Below are positions 30,078 through 38,995 of a stretch of 64,000 nucleotides of DNA, one piece after another. The notes below the pieces were generated by a model. That model saw nothing but the letters and a program-made list of their open reading frames with translations. It made no database searches and was not told the origin of the DNA. The DNA comes from Candidatus Latescibacterota bacterium. Lineage in GTDB: Bacteria > Latescibacterota > UBA2968 > UBA8231. The stretch is taken from assembly GCA_965248265.1 (NCBI GenBank), contig CBDFJF010000002.1:1024001-1088000 (forward strand), in the 5' to 3' direction. Both the position numbers and the translations under genes were made by a program. Every line of letters starts with the position of its first letter. The first letter of the stretch is position 1.

Positions 30078-31685
30078 ATGGATCAAGAACGGAAAGCAGC
30101 CCGCTGGCGAAAGCGACGCATCATCTACAACAACGACGGCGACGACATCATCGAGACCAACAACCATTTAGGCGTCATTTCCGGACTGATGCAGCGCACG
30201 GACGGCGAGTTGATCGATGACTTTCTTCAGGCGCGCAGCAAGCCGCTGGCGGAAACCCAGGTGGACAGCATCTGGTATGCAACGTGTATGTCCGGACTCA
30301 CCTTCACCCACCAAACCAGGCTGGGTGGATTTCACAACAAGGGGATCCCTCAACAGCTGATTGAGCAGTACGGGCGCGACAACCTCCAGATTCAACTCGA
30401 CTTCTATCGTGAGCAGGAGATGGAGGGTTTCTGGTCATTGCGCATGAACGATACCCACGATTCGTGGCCCGGGGGGTCTGCCTTCCAGGTAGATGGCCTG
30501 GCTCCCTTCAAGCGGGAGCATCCGGAATGCTTGATGGGTGAGCCGCCCGACCCGGAGAATCCCGAGAAGGTAATCTGGACTGCCGTCGATTTCAGCTATC
30601 CTCAGGTCCGGGAGCACGTGTTCTCGTTGATCCAGGAAGTCTGTCAGGGATACAACGTGGATGGGGTGGAGCTCGATTTTCTCCGGTCCCCCTCCTATTT
30701 CGTGCCGACGGAAAACGGACTTGCGGTGGAGGAGGAACACCTGGACGCCATGACTGACCTGGTGCGGCGGGTCAGCGCGATGGCCGCGGAAGTAAGTCGG
30801 CAGCGAGGGCGTCCGCTGCTGCTGGCAGCACGCACGCCATTTTCCGTCGAGGATTCCAGATTCGTCGGACTCGACATAGAGCTGTGGCTGCAGGAAGATT
30901 TCATCGATATCTGGGTACCGGGCGGTCTTCAGGAATCGATTATGACCCAGTCGTTCAAGCCAATCGTCGACCTGGGACACCGCTACGATGTGCCGGTCTA
31001 TCCCTGTATCGCATGGGCCTTCTGGCAGAACTGGGCTTTCCTCGACGACGGAGCTGGAAGCAGCCGGACACGAGAGTTGTGGACGAAAGCCCTGCGCAGC
31101 GAGGGCACGGCCAATTTCGTGGCGCTCAATTCATGGGAAGGAGCGATGGCGGCATGGCGGAGTGGGGCGGTAAATCTGTGGAATGCCGGCGCGGACGGGA
31201 TCTACGTCTTCAATGGTTTTCACGGCGCCCCCGTCGATGTGTACGGGGAGATCGGGGATCTCGAAACGATGGCGAACAAGGACAAGATCTTCGGCGTAGA
31301 CCGTTTTGAGGGAGGCTCCAGCTTCTCAGACGCTCGCGAAGTGGAACTGCCGCAAGGGGAGCTCGTCACAACGGAGTTTCAGGTCGGCGAGGATATCGCG
31401 TCGTCGGGGAATGCCAGTGAGTTGCTGTTCCGTGTACATGTGTGGGACTTCTCGGGGGACGACGATATCTCCGTGAAGCTCAACGACCAATCACTGGATG
31501 ACCTGAAGCCAGCCGGCCCTGAGCAGGAATCGGGCGGGCAATGGCTCGAATGCCTCCTCCTCGACCCCGGTCAGGTCGCGAGGGGGAACAATAAGGTCGA
31601 GATGACGGTTACAAAGCGCGATGAATCGATACAGACGCCGCTCATTCTGGATGGCGTGCAACTGCGGGTTCATTACACGCACTGA
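30078..31685 (+). CDS. Uncharacterised glycoside-hydrolase-like TIM-barrel protein (paralog B)
   Basis: Clearly homologous to 26764-28401 over its full length; DGVELDFLR. Confidence 0.7.
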   Translation: MDQERKAARWRKRRIIYNNDGDDIIETNNHLGVISGLMQRTDGELIDDFLQARSKPLAETQVDSIWYATCMSGLTFTHQTRLGGFHNKGIPQQLIEQYGRDNLQIQLDFYREQEMEGFWSLRMNDTHDSWPGGSAFQVDGLAPFKREHPECLMGEPPDPENPEKVIWTAVDFSYPQVREHVFSLIQEVCQGYNVDGVELDFLRSPSYFVPTENGLAVEEEHLDAMTDLVRRVSAMAAEVSRQRGRPLLLAARTPFSVEDSRFVGLDIELWLQEDFIDIWVPGGLQESIMTQSFKPIVDLGHRYDVPVYPCIAWAFWQNWAFLDDGAGSSRTRELWTKALRSEGTANFVALNSWEGAMAAWRSGAVNLWNAGADGIYVFNGFHGAPVDVYGEIGDLETMANKDKIFGVDRFEGGSSFSDAREVELPQGELVTTEFQVGEDIASSGNASELLFRVHVWDFSGDDDISVKLNDQSLDDLKPAGPEQESGGQWLECLLLDPGQVARGNNKVEMTVTKRDESIQTPLILDGVQLRVHYTH

Positions 31686-31889
31686 CGTCGGGTTGTCAGT
31701 CGACGATCCGGGTGCCGCGCTACTGATACGGCACGGGTTTAGCACCTTTGTGCGGGCCGATGCGCGTTACAACCATCCTTGCCGGGCCTCCCTTCGACGA
31801 ACAGTCGGGCGGCATCTTCTTCCGGCAATTCATCTGGATGATCTGAAGTGCCGACAATCTGCTCTGCGCTCGTCATTCAGCCGGCAATC

Positions 31890-33704
31890 CTAAGCTTCGT
31901 CGCGGAGAGCCCTCGCCTTGTGGACATATTCGAGGAGGAAAGCGAGGAAGATGGAGACGACGAGCCCGACCGCCCCGCTGACGAGAGATTTCTGGACCGG
32001 GGACTGTCTCGCTACTGATCTGGGGGTGCGCGCCGTGGTGATCACGCGCAGCCCGGAGGCGGCCTCTTCCCGTGCGATTCGAGCTTCTTCAGCGCGCTTC
32101 GTGAACCTGTCGAAGATTCTGACCATCGTGTCCTTGGCCCGCACGAGACGGTCGCGCCTGGCGAGGAGACTGTTGAGCTGATCGAGAGTCTTTGCGGCGT
32201 TCTCCGTGACTCTGCTCAGCTGCGCCTGTCGATCTTTGAGCTCGCTGCGAAGTTCACGGACTTTCGGGCTGAGCTGTCCCTCTCTCCTTTTAGCGCGTAG
32301 ATATCGCTGCTTTCCACTGTCGTGAATTCTATCAAGAGTCAAAACCTGGTCATCGAGTTCGCCCTGACGGTGCTCAGCGGCTTCGACTATCGCTTGCCTT
32401 TCATTCCTCAGACTGAGGAACTCGAGCTGGATATCGGCAAGTCGATTCTGAAGCCCCGAAAGCTCTTCCGCACCGCGTCGCAGTTGGGAACGGGCGATTT
32501 CCAGCCTTGCCCCAGACTCCGCGCGGCGCTTGTCCAGCGCCAGGAACACCGGATTCGGAATTTCGGAGTACAACTTCAGGCGCTCCAGCTTGCGAATCGC
32601 TTTTTCGGATGGAGGATCGGCTGACAGCTCTTCGAGTAAATCGTCATCAGCAACTGCTTTGGCGACGGCCACAGCCGACGAGTGTTTTGCGAGTTCGTGC
32701 TCCAACCCTTCGATTTCGGCGAGCGCTGAAATCCGCTTCGCCTCCGCACTGCGTGATTCCTCGGTATAGGCCAGAATCGCGTGCTCGAGCTGTTGAACTT
32801 CCTGCTTCATTTTCGAGTAGCCACGCCCCCTGTCAAAATCCAACAGGGTGCTTTCAAACTCTACGAGAGCGTCGCGTCGAAGGCGGCTCAGGGTCTCGAT
32901 CTGGGCAAGGTTGTCGACCAGTTGCCGAACCTGCCCAGACAGACTGTCCCGGCTCATCTGGTCGACCTCTTCGGGGTCGAGCAAGAACACGGGAACACCA
33001 TCGATTTCCAGATCCGTGACGATTGTTCGCATTCGCCCGAGCTCGCTCTCCATCTGTCTCAACTGGATCTCGGTGTGAATAGCACCGGACTGCAGCCTGG
33101 TGATTTCCTCTTCATACACGGTTCGACGTTGCTCCAGAAAGACGATCCGCTGCTGCTCTTTTTCGAAACTCTCCAATGCCTCGTCAGCCGCGGCGAGCTT
33201 GGCACCAAAGGCATCATGCTGTCTGTCGACAAACTCGAGATAGCGTCCGCTTTCGGTTGCCGTCAAACCCGCTGTGCGTGCAAGGAAAGTATCTGTCCAG
33301 GCGTGAACGAACGGCACGGTGAGCTGCCGAGCTTCGGAGGTTGCCGTCAACCTGATCCCGGCTTTGTCGACGACGACAGCGGTCAGCGAGACGCCGGCCG
33401 CTTTGATGGCGAGCGAATCTGCCAGATAGTTTCGGTACCCGTTCATGGCGAGCTTTATTTCGTCTGCCGTCGCCACAGAGCGATAGAAGCTTACGTCGAG
33501 TCGCGGCGTCTGCACTTCCGTGTCCGCCTGAGTTGCATCGGAAACGAACAGCAGGGCACTGGCTTCATAGAGTCGCGGCGCGGATCTGGCATTCAGCATG
33601 CCCCAGACCATGCAGGCGAGAGTGCCCAGCAGAATCAGCCACTTTCTCTTGAGCACAACCTCGATATAGTCGATGAGCTCAATCTCGCGTTCGTACTCAG
33701 CCAT
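31890..33704 (-). CDS. Wzz/GumC-type polysaccharide co-polymerase with very long coiled coil
   Basis: EIELIDY..V.LKRKW, N-terminal TM, YEASA, long coiled coil, C-terminal TM GAVGL...FLAFLLE. Confidence 0.82.
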   Translation of the reverse strand: MAEYEREIELIDYIEVVLKRKWLILLGTLACMVWGMLNARSAPRLYEASALLFVSDATQADTEVQTPRLDVSFYRSVATADEIKLAMNGYRNYLADSLAIKAAGVSLTAVVVDKAGIRLTATSEARQLTVPFVHAWTDTFLARTAGLTATESGRYLEFVDRQHDAFGAKLAAADEALESFEKEQQRIVFLEQRRTVYEEEITRLQSGAIHTEIQLRQMESELGRMRTIVTDLEIDGVPVFLLDPEEVDQMSRDSLSGQVRQLVDNLAQIETLSRLRRDALVEFESTLLDFDRGRGYSKMKQEVQQLEHAILAYTEESRSAEAKRISALAEIEGLEHELAKHSSAVAVAKAVADDDLLEELSADPPSEKAIRKLERLKLYSEIPNPVFLALDKRRAESGARLEIARSQLRRGAEELSGLQNRLADIQLEFLSLRNERQAIVEAAEHRQGELDDQVLTLDRIHDSGKQRYLRAKRREGQLSPKVRELRSELKDRQAQLSRVTENAAKTLDQLNSLLARRDRLVRAKDTMVRIFDRFTKRAEEARIAREEAASGLRVITTARTPRSVARQSPVQKSLVSGAVGLVVSIFLAFLLEYVHKARALRDEA

Positions 33705-33727
33705 GGCTACTCCCGAGTCGGCAACTC

Positions 33728-33764
33728 AAAAAAATGGCCTTCCGCAGTCCCGCAGGAAGGCCAT
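33728..33764 (-). terminator. Rho-independent terminator after the tRNA genes
   Basis: Minus strand ATGGCCTTCC-loop-GGAAGGCCAT followed by a T run. Confidence 0.8.
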
Positions 33765-33783
33765 GAGAGAAGGGAACAAAAGC

Positions 33784-33861
33784 TGGGGCCGAGTGACGGG
33801 ATTCTAACCCGCGACTTCCAGGACCACAACCTAGCGCTCTAACCAACTGAGCTACACTCGC
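33784..33861 (-). tRNA. tRNA-His(GTG), possibly degenerate
   Basis: Cloverleaf GCGAGTG TA GCTC...GAGC, anticodon arm CTAGG-TTGTGGT-CCTGG, encoded CCA. The T-loop is TTAGAAT, the 3' acceptor strand has an extra G, and no G-1 is encoded. Confidence 0.85.
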
Positions 33862-33950
33862 AATCAGCTGCAGAGTCGCAATCGATTCGCGGCTTCTTCC
33901 AGGGTACCATCAGTATGCGCGCGGACGTGAGGGTGAGCTATTTCGGAAAC

Positions 33951-34029
33951 TGGCGTGCCCAGCAGGACTCGAACCTGCGACATTTTGCTTAGAAAGGCAG
34001 ATGCTCTATCCACCTGAGCTATGGGACAC
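33951..34029 (-). tRNA. tRNA-Arg(TCT), aberrant 8-nt anticodon loop
   Basis: D arm GCTC-AGGTGGATA-GAGC, loop CTTTCTAA, T arm GCAGG-TTCGAGT-CCTGC, GCCA end. The 5' acceptor strand has an extra T. Confidence 0.82.
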
Positions 34030-34117
34030 CTTCGCTAATCCACAGCGGGACCTTGACTTACGGCCCAAGCGAACGATTACACAAGAAACGGTACGGCGAG
34101 GGGGAACGCAAGAGCCA

Positions 34118-34733
34118 CCTGGGACAAAGAGCTGGTCGGCGCGGTGCTAACCGTCTTCCGGCGCGTTGTCTACGGCTGGTATCGACGCCAGGCACGAGCA
34201 CGGATATGCGGAGGTCGCTGCGGCTCTGTGACCTTCGTGCAGCGATTCGGTTCTGCCTTAAATCTCCATCCCCATGCTCACGCGCTCATGATCGACTGGG
34301 TCTACGTCGACGGCGAGGCCGGTCCTGAGTTCGTGCCGGCGCCTCCCTTGAGCGACGACGACGTGCAACAAATCGTCGAGACCACGGCGCGACCGGTGGT
34401 GCGCCTGCTGCAACGGCGCGGCCTGCTGGAAGAGGGCAATACCGATCCGCTCATGGCGCAGGAACCCCTGCTGGCGACGATCACCGCGGCCTCGATCCAA
34501 GGTCAAGTGGCCACCGGCGAGCGCGCGGGCCAACCCGTGCGCCGGCGCCTGCTCGATCCCCTGCAGGGGATTCGCACCTGCCCGCTGTGCTTCGCCGCGC
34601 GCGGATTCTCCCTGCATGCGGCCACCCCGTGCCGGCCGCCGACGGCCCAGCCTGGAAAGACTGTGCCGGTACGTCAATCGACCGCCGTTGGCGGCGGGAC
34701 GCCTGCAGATCCTGGACGCCGAGAGAGTGGCCA
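34118..34733 (+). mobile_element. IS91/ISCR-type HUH transposase remnant (catalytic core, frameshifted, both ends truncated)
   Basis: QRFGSALNLHPHAH (HUH), GFSLHA, and after a frameshift LERLCRYVNRPPLA (single-Tyr YxxR). Confidence 0.9.
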
Positions 34734-34799
34734 GTTTCTCGATTAATTCTTGACAAAATAAAGATTGTCGCCGTGCTTCAAAACCTGAGTAATTCATTG

Positions 34800-35141
34800 A
34801 CGGCGCTGCTTATCCGAAAATATTTTGGATGAATTCATCCTTGAAAACAAGACGCGACTTTCTTCACAAACAGAGATGGATGTCATCTCAAAGAGTTATT
34901 ATGACGCCTACACTCATTACGGACAGCAAATTTCGACAGGATCATTCGAAGGTATCTAGTGAATCTGAAAGTCCGAGCCCTTGATCCGCTCGATTACAGT
35001 TGCAACAAGGAACTGAAAACGTGTAGCGTGATCACCGACAAGACGGAGAAGATCTATTACGATCACGGCCATTATACGTTGGAAGGCGCAAAATACCTCG
35101 GCATGACAATTTACAAGACCGACCGGTCTCAAGTTAACTAA
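34800..35141 (+). pseudogene. Remnant of an SGNH domain of the type fused to acyltransferase-3 (OafA-like)
   Basis: C...C...YYDHGHYTLEGAKYLG (DxxH); upstream part broken; AT-rich. Confidence 0.6.
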
Positions 35142-35148
35142 CTAGCTG

Positions 35149-36159
35149 TTGAGAATGGCTGTCGACAAGAACCAGAAAAAGGCGCTCCCAAAAGTTGTCG
35201 TTTTTGCGAACTCCACAGCTGTACGACACTTCACGATGTCTACTCTGCTTATGCAGGATCATAGTCCCAAACTCAAAAGAACCTTGCTCGTAAACATAGC
35301 AAAGAACATAGTGTGCCTAATTCCCGGTACGAAAAAGGTGCGCAGACGTATCTTCGGTTCTCCATTTAGCCGCTCATCATCGAATAACGAAAGTTCATGG
35401 TACGAGAGAAGGGGAGCACAGGTAGGAGAAATCTTAAGTGCATATTTGCAGGTGTGGGGCGATTTTGATTGGTTCCAGGGGAAAGTCGCAGTTGAACTCG
35501 GAAGTGGCGACGACATTTCGCTTCCGTTCTCATTTGCTCTTCTGGGGGCTTCGAGAGCTTATGCAACTGATATACCTCCAATTGACGATATTTCTCTACC
35601 GAACGCCATGAGAGACAAAGTAATATCTGTTACGGAGCAAGCCATTCCGCGGCAAGTCTTGATTCAACCAGATCGTGCTGAAAAATTGGTTGAAAAGAGG
35701 TCTGGGTTGTGCGCTGAAGCTTTGGAGAGTGCTTTCTCTCCTGAAAGCGTTGATTTTATTGTAAGCACAAGCACGTTAGAACATGTCGATGATCCTGAAC
35801 TAGCTGCTTCCCAGATGTTTCGTACGTTGCGACGCGGCGGACGGATGGTTCATGCAATCGCTTTAGGGAATCATTTTTGTGGTTCCGGAAAGCAAGACCG
35901 ACTCGGTCATCTCTATTATTCGGATAGGTTTTGGAATTTGATGTTCAGCCAACGTGTCGGTCATAATCGCTTACGATGGTTTGAATGGGAGAGCGTCTTG
36001 ACAGACGCCGGGTTCGATATCGCTGGCTGCGACATAGCGATTGCTTCCTCAGCTGAGATAGCACTGTGCCGACCGTATTTAGCGGCCCGTTTCGCGACAA
36101 TGAGTGACGAGCAACTTGGACCGAGCTATGCTGTTGTTAGCTGTGTAAAAGGTACATGA
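35149..36159 (+). CDS. Class I SAM-dependent methyltransferase (AT-rich cargo)
   Basis: VELGSG, DFIVSTSTLEHV, NRLR; the true start may be downstream (about 35236-35251). Confidence 0.85.
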   Translation: MRMAVDKNQKKALPKVVVFANSTAVRHFTMSTLLMQDHSPKLKRTLLVNIAKNIVCLIPGTKKVRRRIFGSPFSRSSSNNESSWYERRGAQVGEILSAYLQVWGDFDWFQGKVAVELGSGDDISLPFSFALLGASRAYATDIPPIDDISLPNAMRDKVISVTEQAIPRQVLIQPDRAEKLVEKRSGLCAEALESAFSPESVDFIVSTSTLEHVDDPELAASQMFRTLRRGGRMVHAIALGNHFCGSGKQDRLGHLYYSDRFWNLMFSQRVGHNRLRWFEWESVLTDAGFDIAGCDIAIASSAEIALCRPYLAARFATMSDEQLGPSYAVVSCVKGT

Positions 36160-36270
36160 GCGTAGGGAAAAGCCGAGCGATGTACGCACCCTATACAGCA
36201 AATTACGCCAAACGACCGCTGGCCGAGTCCCTGCACTTCCTCCGCAGCGAGCAACTTGCCGATGCGGTTT

Positions 36271-36585
36271 CCTTACCGACCCCGCTCAATCCAGCGCTAC
36301 CTGGTGGGCATCGGACTGCCGTCACGGGCTCCGCCCATTGCACCGGCACGGCCCCAGCCCCAGCACGAGTTCGACTTCGCCGTCTGAGACCGACCGGCCA
36401 GACACCGCTGCGCCCCCATCTCTTGCTGCCGGCCGCCGCTGCACCCGCTGGCAATGATCCAAGGACGCTACCCACGCCTCATCCTTCACCGCACCGCGAT
36501 CGACGCACAAGCACGGCCCTCAACGCCCGAAAAACCTCAAACGCCGCTTAACCAACTCACGAGAATGCCGTTTCTAACCACTACA
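36271..36585 (+). mobile_element. IS91/ISCR transposase C-terminal remnant plus putative oriIS end
   Basis: Manual translation LTDP/IQRYLVGIGLPSRAPPIAPARPQPQHEFDFAV* (stop at 36387); AATGCCGTTTCTAACCACTAC at 36564-36584 loosely resembles ISCR oriIS. Confidence 0.65.
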
Positions 36586-36978
36586 GATCGGGCGATTGCG
36601 CTCATCCAGCTGGTGTAGCCCATGTAGGAATTGCCATAGGTGCCCACCCGGCCGACACTGCCTGGCAGGTCCGCGGCCCATTCCACCGAGTCATGGCCGT
36701 CCGGGCCTTCGCCGGTCGTCTCCGCGTTGAGGAACATCAGCGTCGCTTCCCCTCCGAGGCATGGCGGCCGCGGGTGTCCTGATTGACGACGATGTAGCCT
36801 CGTGCCGTCAGTGCCTGGGCATCGGCCACCGTTCCTGGGCGCAGCTTGTCGTAGGGCGTGCGTAACAACAGCACGAGGATGTGCCCTTCGCCGTCCGCAA
36901 CACCACGCCATCCCGCATGGGAACGGGCAAGTTCAGCTCCTCGGTCACGGAGAACTGCTGGGGAATCTTCTTGTTCAT
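36586..36978 (-). pseudogene. CocE/NonD family hydrolase, frameshifted and 3'-truncated
   Basis: Pieces in three frames: VPMRDGV.L; RTPYDK...QDTRGR..SEG; DG.DSVEW...VG.YG.SY.G. Confidence 0.85.
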
Positions 36979-37071
36979 CGCGCTTTTTCTGGTTTGTCGC
37001 CCGGGCATATGTTGCAGGAATTCGCGTCATTTGTAGCAGTGATTCGCTAGCAGATGGCTGGCAAGCGGTAC

Positions 37072-37100
37072 TATATATATATCGATATACTGTGAGTCAA
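37072..37100 (-). promoter_or_regulatory. Promoter with internal palindromic operator
   Basis: Minus strand TTGACT-17 bp-TATATA; perfect palindrome TATATCGATATA at 37078-37089 in the spacer. Confidence 0.5.
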
Positions 37101-37176
37101 CGGACACGTCTACGGCAAGAACCATGACTGACAACCTTGAAGCCGCTTCCGGCAAGTACAGAGGAAGGACACGGCG

Positions 37177-37868
37177 ATGCATTTTCTCGCAGACAGCAGC
37201 ATCGAAGTCGTCGGTGACTTCCTGCCAGGCGAGGCACCTGCACACGTCTTGTTTGATTTCGACGGCACCCTGAGCCTGATTCGCGAAGGCTGGCCCGATA
37301 TCATGGTGCCCATGATGGTCGAGTTTCTTCAGGCCACGGGCACGGACGAGGCGCCAGACATCCTGGAGGCCGTGTGTTCGAGCTTCGTGATGGAATTGAC
37401 CGGCAAGCAGACGATCTACCAAATGATCCGGCTCGCGGATGAGGTCACGCTGCGCGGCGGGATACCGCTTGATCCTCTCGAGTACAAGAGCGAATATCAC
37501 GATTGGTTGATGCGTCACATCGAAACGCGCCGGGAGGGACTTCGCACCGGCGAAGCTCTCGGGCCAAATGTTTGTCCGCGGAAGCGTCGAATTGCTCAAT
37601 CTGTTGAAGCTTTACGATGTGCGGCTCTATCTCGCCAGCGGTACCGACGAGCGATATGTCCGCGAAGAGGTTGAGCTACTGCAGCTATATACGTATTTCG
37701 GCGGACATGTCTATAGTGCGCAGGAAGACTACAAGTCGTTCTCCAAGGCGCGGTTCATTGAACGCATCCTCAGCGAAACGCCAGCGGCTGATCGGAGCCG
37801 GAGCCCATGTTGTTGTGGCTGACTATGGCAAGGCCGCGCGGCTGATCGAGTGGCTATGGCAGATTTGA
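37177..37868 (+). pseudogene. HAD-family phosphatase, frameshifted with internal deletion
   Basis: FDFDGT motif; frame change near 37560 (continues as MFVRGS..LASGT); the C-terminal KRQRLIGAGA is in another frame and the GD motif region is missing. Confidence 0.82.
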
Positions 37869-37882
37869 GACGGGAGTGTGGG

Positions 37883-38995
37883 ATGTCCCATCCTCAGTTA
37901 GACCGTTCCGCCGTCCGCATGGAACCGTTGCGGGCACGCGAGAACAAGAAGACGATTGAGGCCGATCACGTGTCGCCGGACACGGCACCGGCTCCGCTGA
38001 CAGACTCAGGTCAACGGATCGTCGAGGAAACCGCGCAGCGGATCCGGAACGCTCGCTCCAATTCCCGGCCAGTCGTCGTTGCCTTCGGAGCCCATGCCAT
38101 CAAGAACGGTTTGGGGCCGGTTTTTCTGCGTCTGATCGAGCAAGGCTCGTTCACACACTTGGCCACAAACGGGGCGGGCGTCATTCATGACTGGGAATTC
38201 GCCTATCAAGGGCAGAGCTGCGAGCACGTCGGACCGATGGTTTCGGAGGGACGATTCGGCAATTGGCAGGAAACCGGGTTCAATATCAATCTGGCGCTAA
38301 ACGTCGGCGCCTATGAAGGCAGGGGATATGGGGAATCCATTGGCGCCCTGATCGAGACCGAAGGGCTCGATATTCCCAGCGCCGCGGAGCTCGAGCAGAC
38401 TGTCCGCGATTCGATTGCCTCGGATCCGCAGCGCTCTGCAGCGGCGGCGGATCTGCTGTTCATCGTACGATCGTTCAACCTGGAATCCGGCCGGCGAGAG
38501 ATTCCTCATCACTGGAAACAGTACAGTATTCAGGCAGGCGCGTATCGTCTGGGCGTCCCGTTCACGAGTCATCCGATGGTCGGACACGACATCATTTACA
38601 ATCATCCGATGAACCACTGTGCCTCGCTCGGGCGGGCGGCCCAACGCGATTTCCTGGCCTATGCGGACGGCATCAGCCGCATCGACGGTGGCGTTTACCT
38701 TTCCATCGGCTCGGCGGTGATGAGCCCGATGATCTTTGAAAAGTCGCTGTCCATGGCGCAGAATCTGGCCCTTCAACGCGGCGAACACATCGACAACCAC
38801 TACATTCTGGTCAGCGACCTGGCGGAGTCGGCGTGGGATTGGAGCCAGGGTGAGCCGCCCGAGAGCGATCCGGCCTACTACCTGCGCTACAACAAGTCAT
38901 TCAGCCGCATGGGTGGCACCATGCGGTACGTGCAGGCCGACAACCGGGACCTGCTGCTCAATCTCGCTCATCTCCTGCGAGAAGACACGCCTTGA
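37883..38995 (+). CDS. Uncharacterised deoxyhypusine-synthase-like fold (GSU2086-like) protein
   Basis: FGAHAIKNGL, ATNGAG.IHDWE, GHDI...HP, GSAVMSP.IFEK. Confidence 0.7.
   Translation: MSHPQLDRSAVRMEPLRARENKKTIEADHVSPDTAPAPLTDSGQRIVEETAQRIRNARSNSRPVVVAFGAHAIKNGLGPVFLRLIEQGSFTHLATNGAGVIHDWEFAYQGQSCEHVGPMVSEGRFGNWQETGFNINLALNVGAYEGRGYGESIGALIETEGLDIPSAAELEQTVRDSIASDPQRSAAAADLLFIVRSFNLESGRREIPHHWKQYSIQAGAYRLGVPFTSHPMVGHDIIYNHPMNHCASLGRAAQRDFLAYADGISRIDGGVYLSIGSAVMSPMIFEKSLSMAQNLALQRGEHIDNHYILVSDLAESAWDWSQGEPPESDPAYYLRYNKSFSRMGGTMRYVQADNRDLLLNLAHLLREDTP

Noticed and set aside
31720-31734. 15-bp exact match CTACTGATACGGCAC with 41329-41343 (both encode VPYQ-stop on the minus strand)
   Set aside because: Similarity does not extend further; a 15-mer match can occur by chance in a GC-biased 64-kb window.
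37069-37094. LexA SOS box or phase-variable (TA)n tract
   Set aside because: It lacks CTGT-N8-ACAG and the TA run is short; better explained as a -10 element plus operator palindrome.
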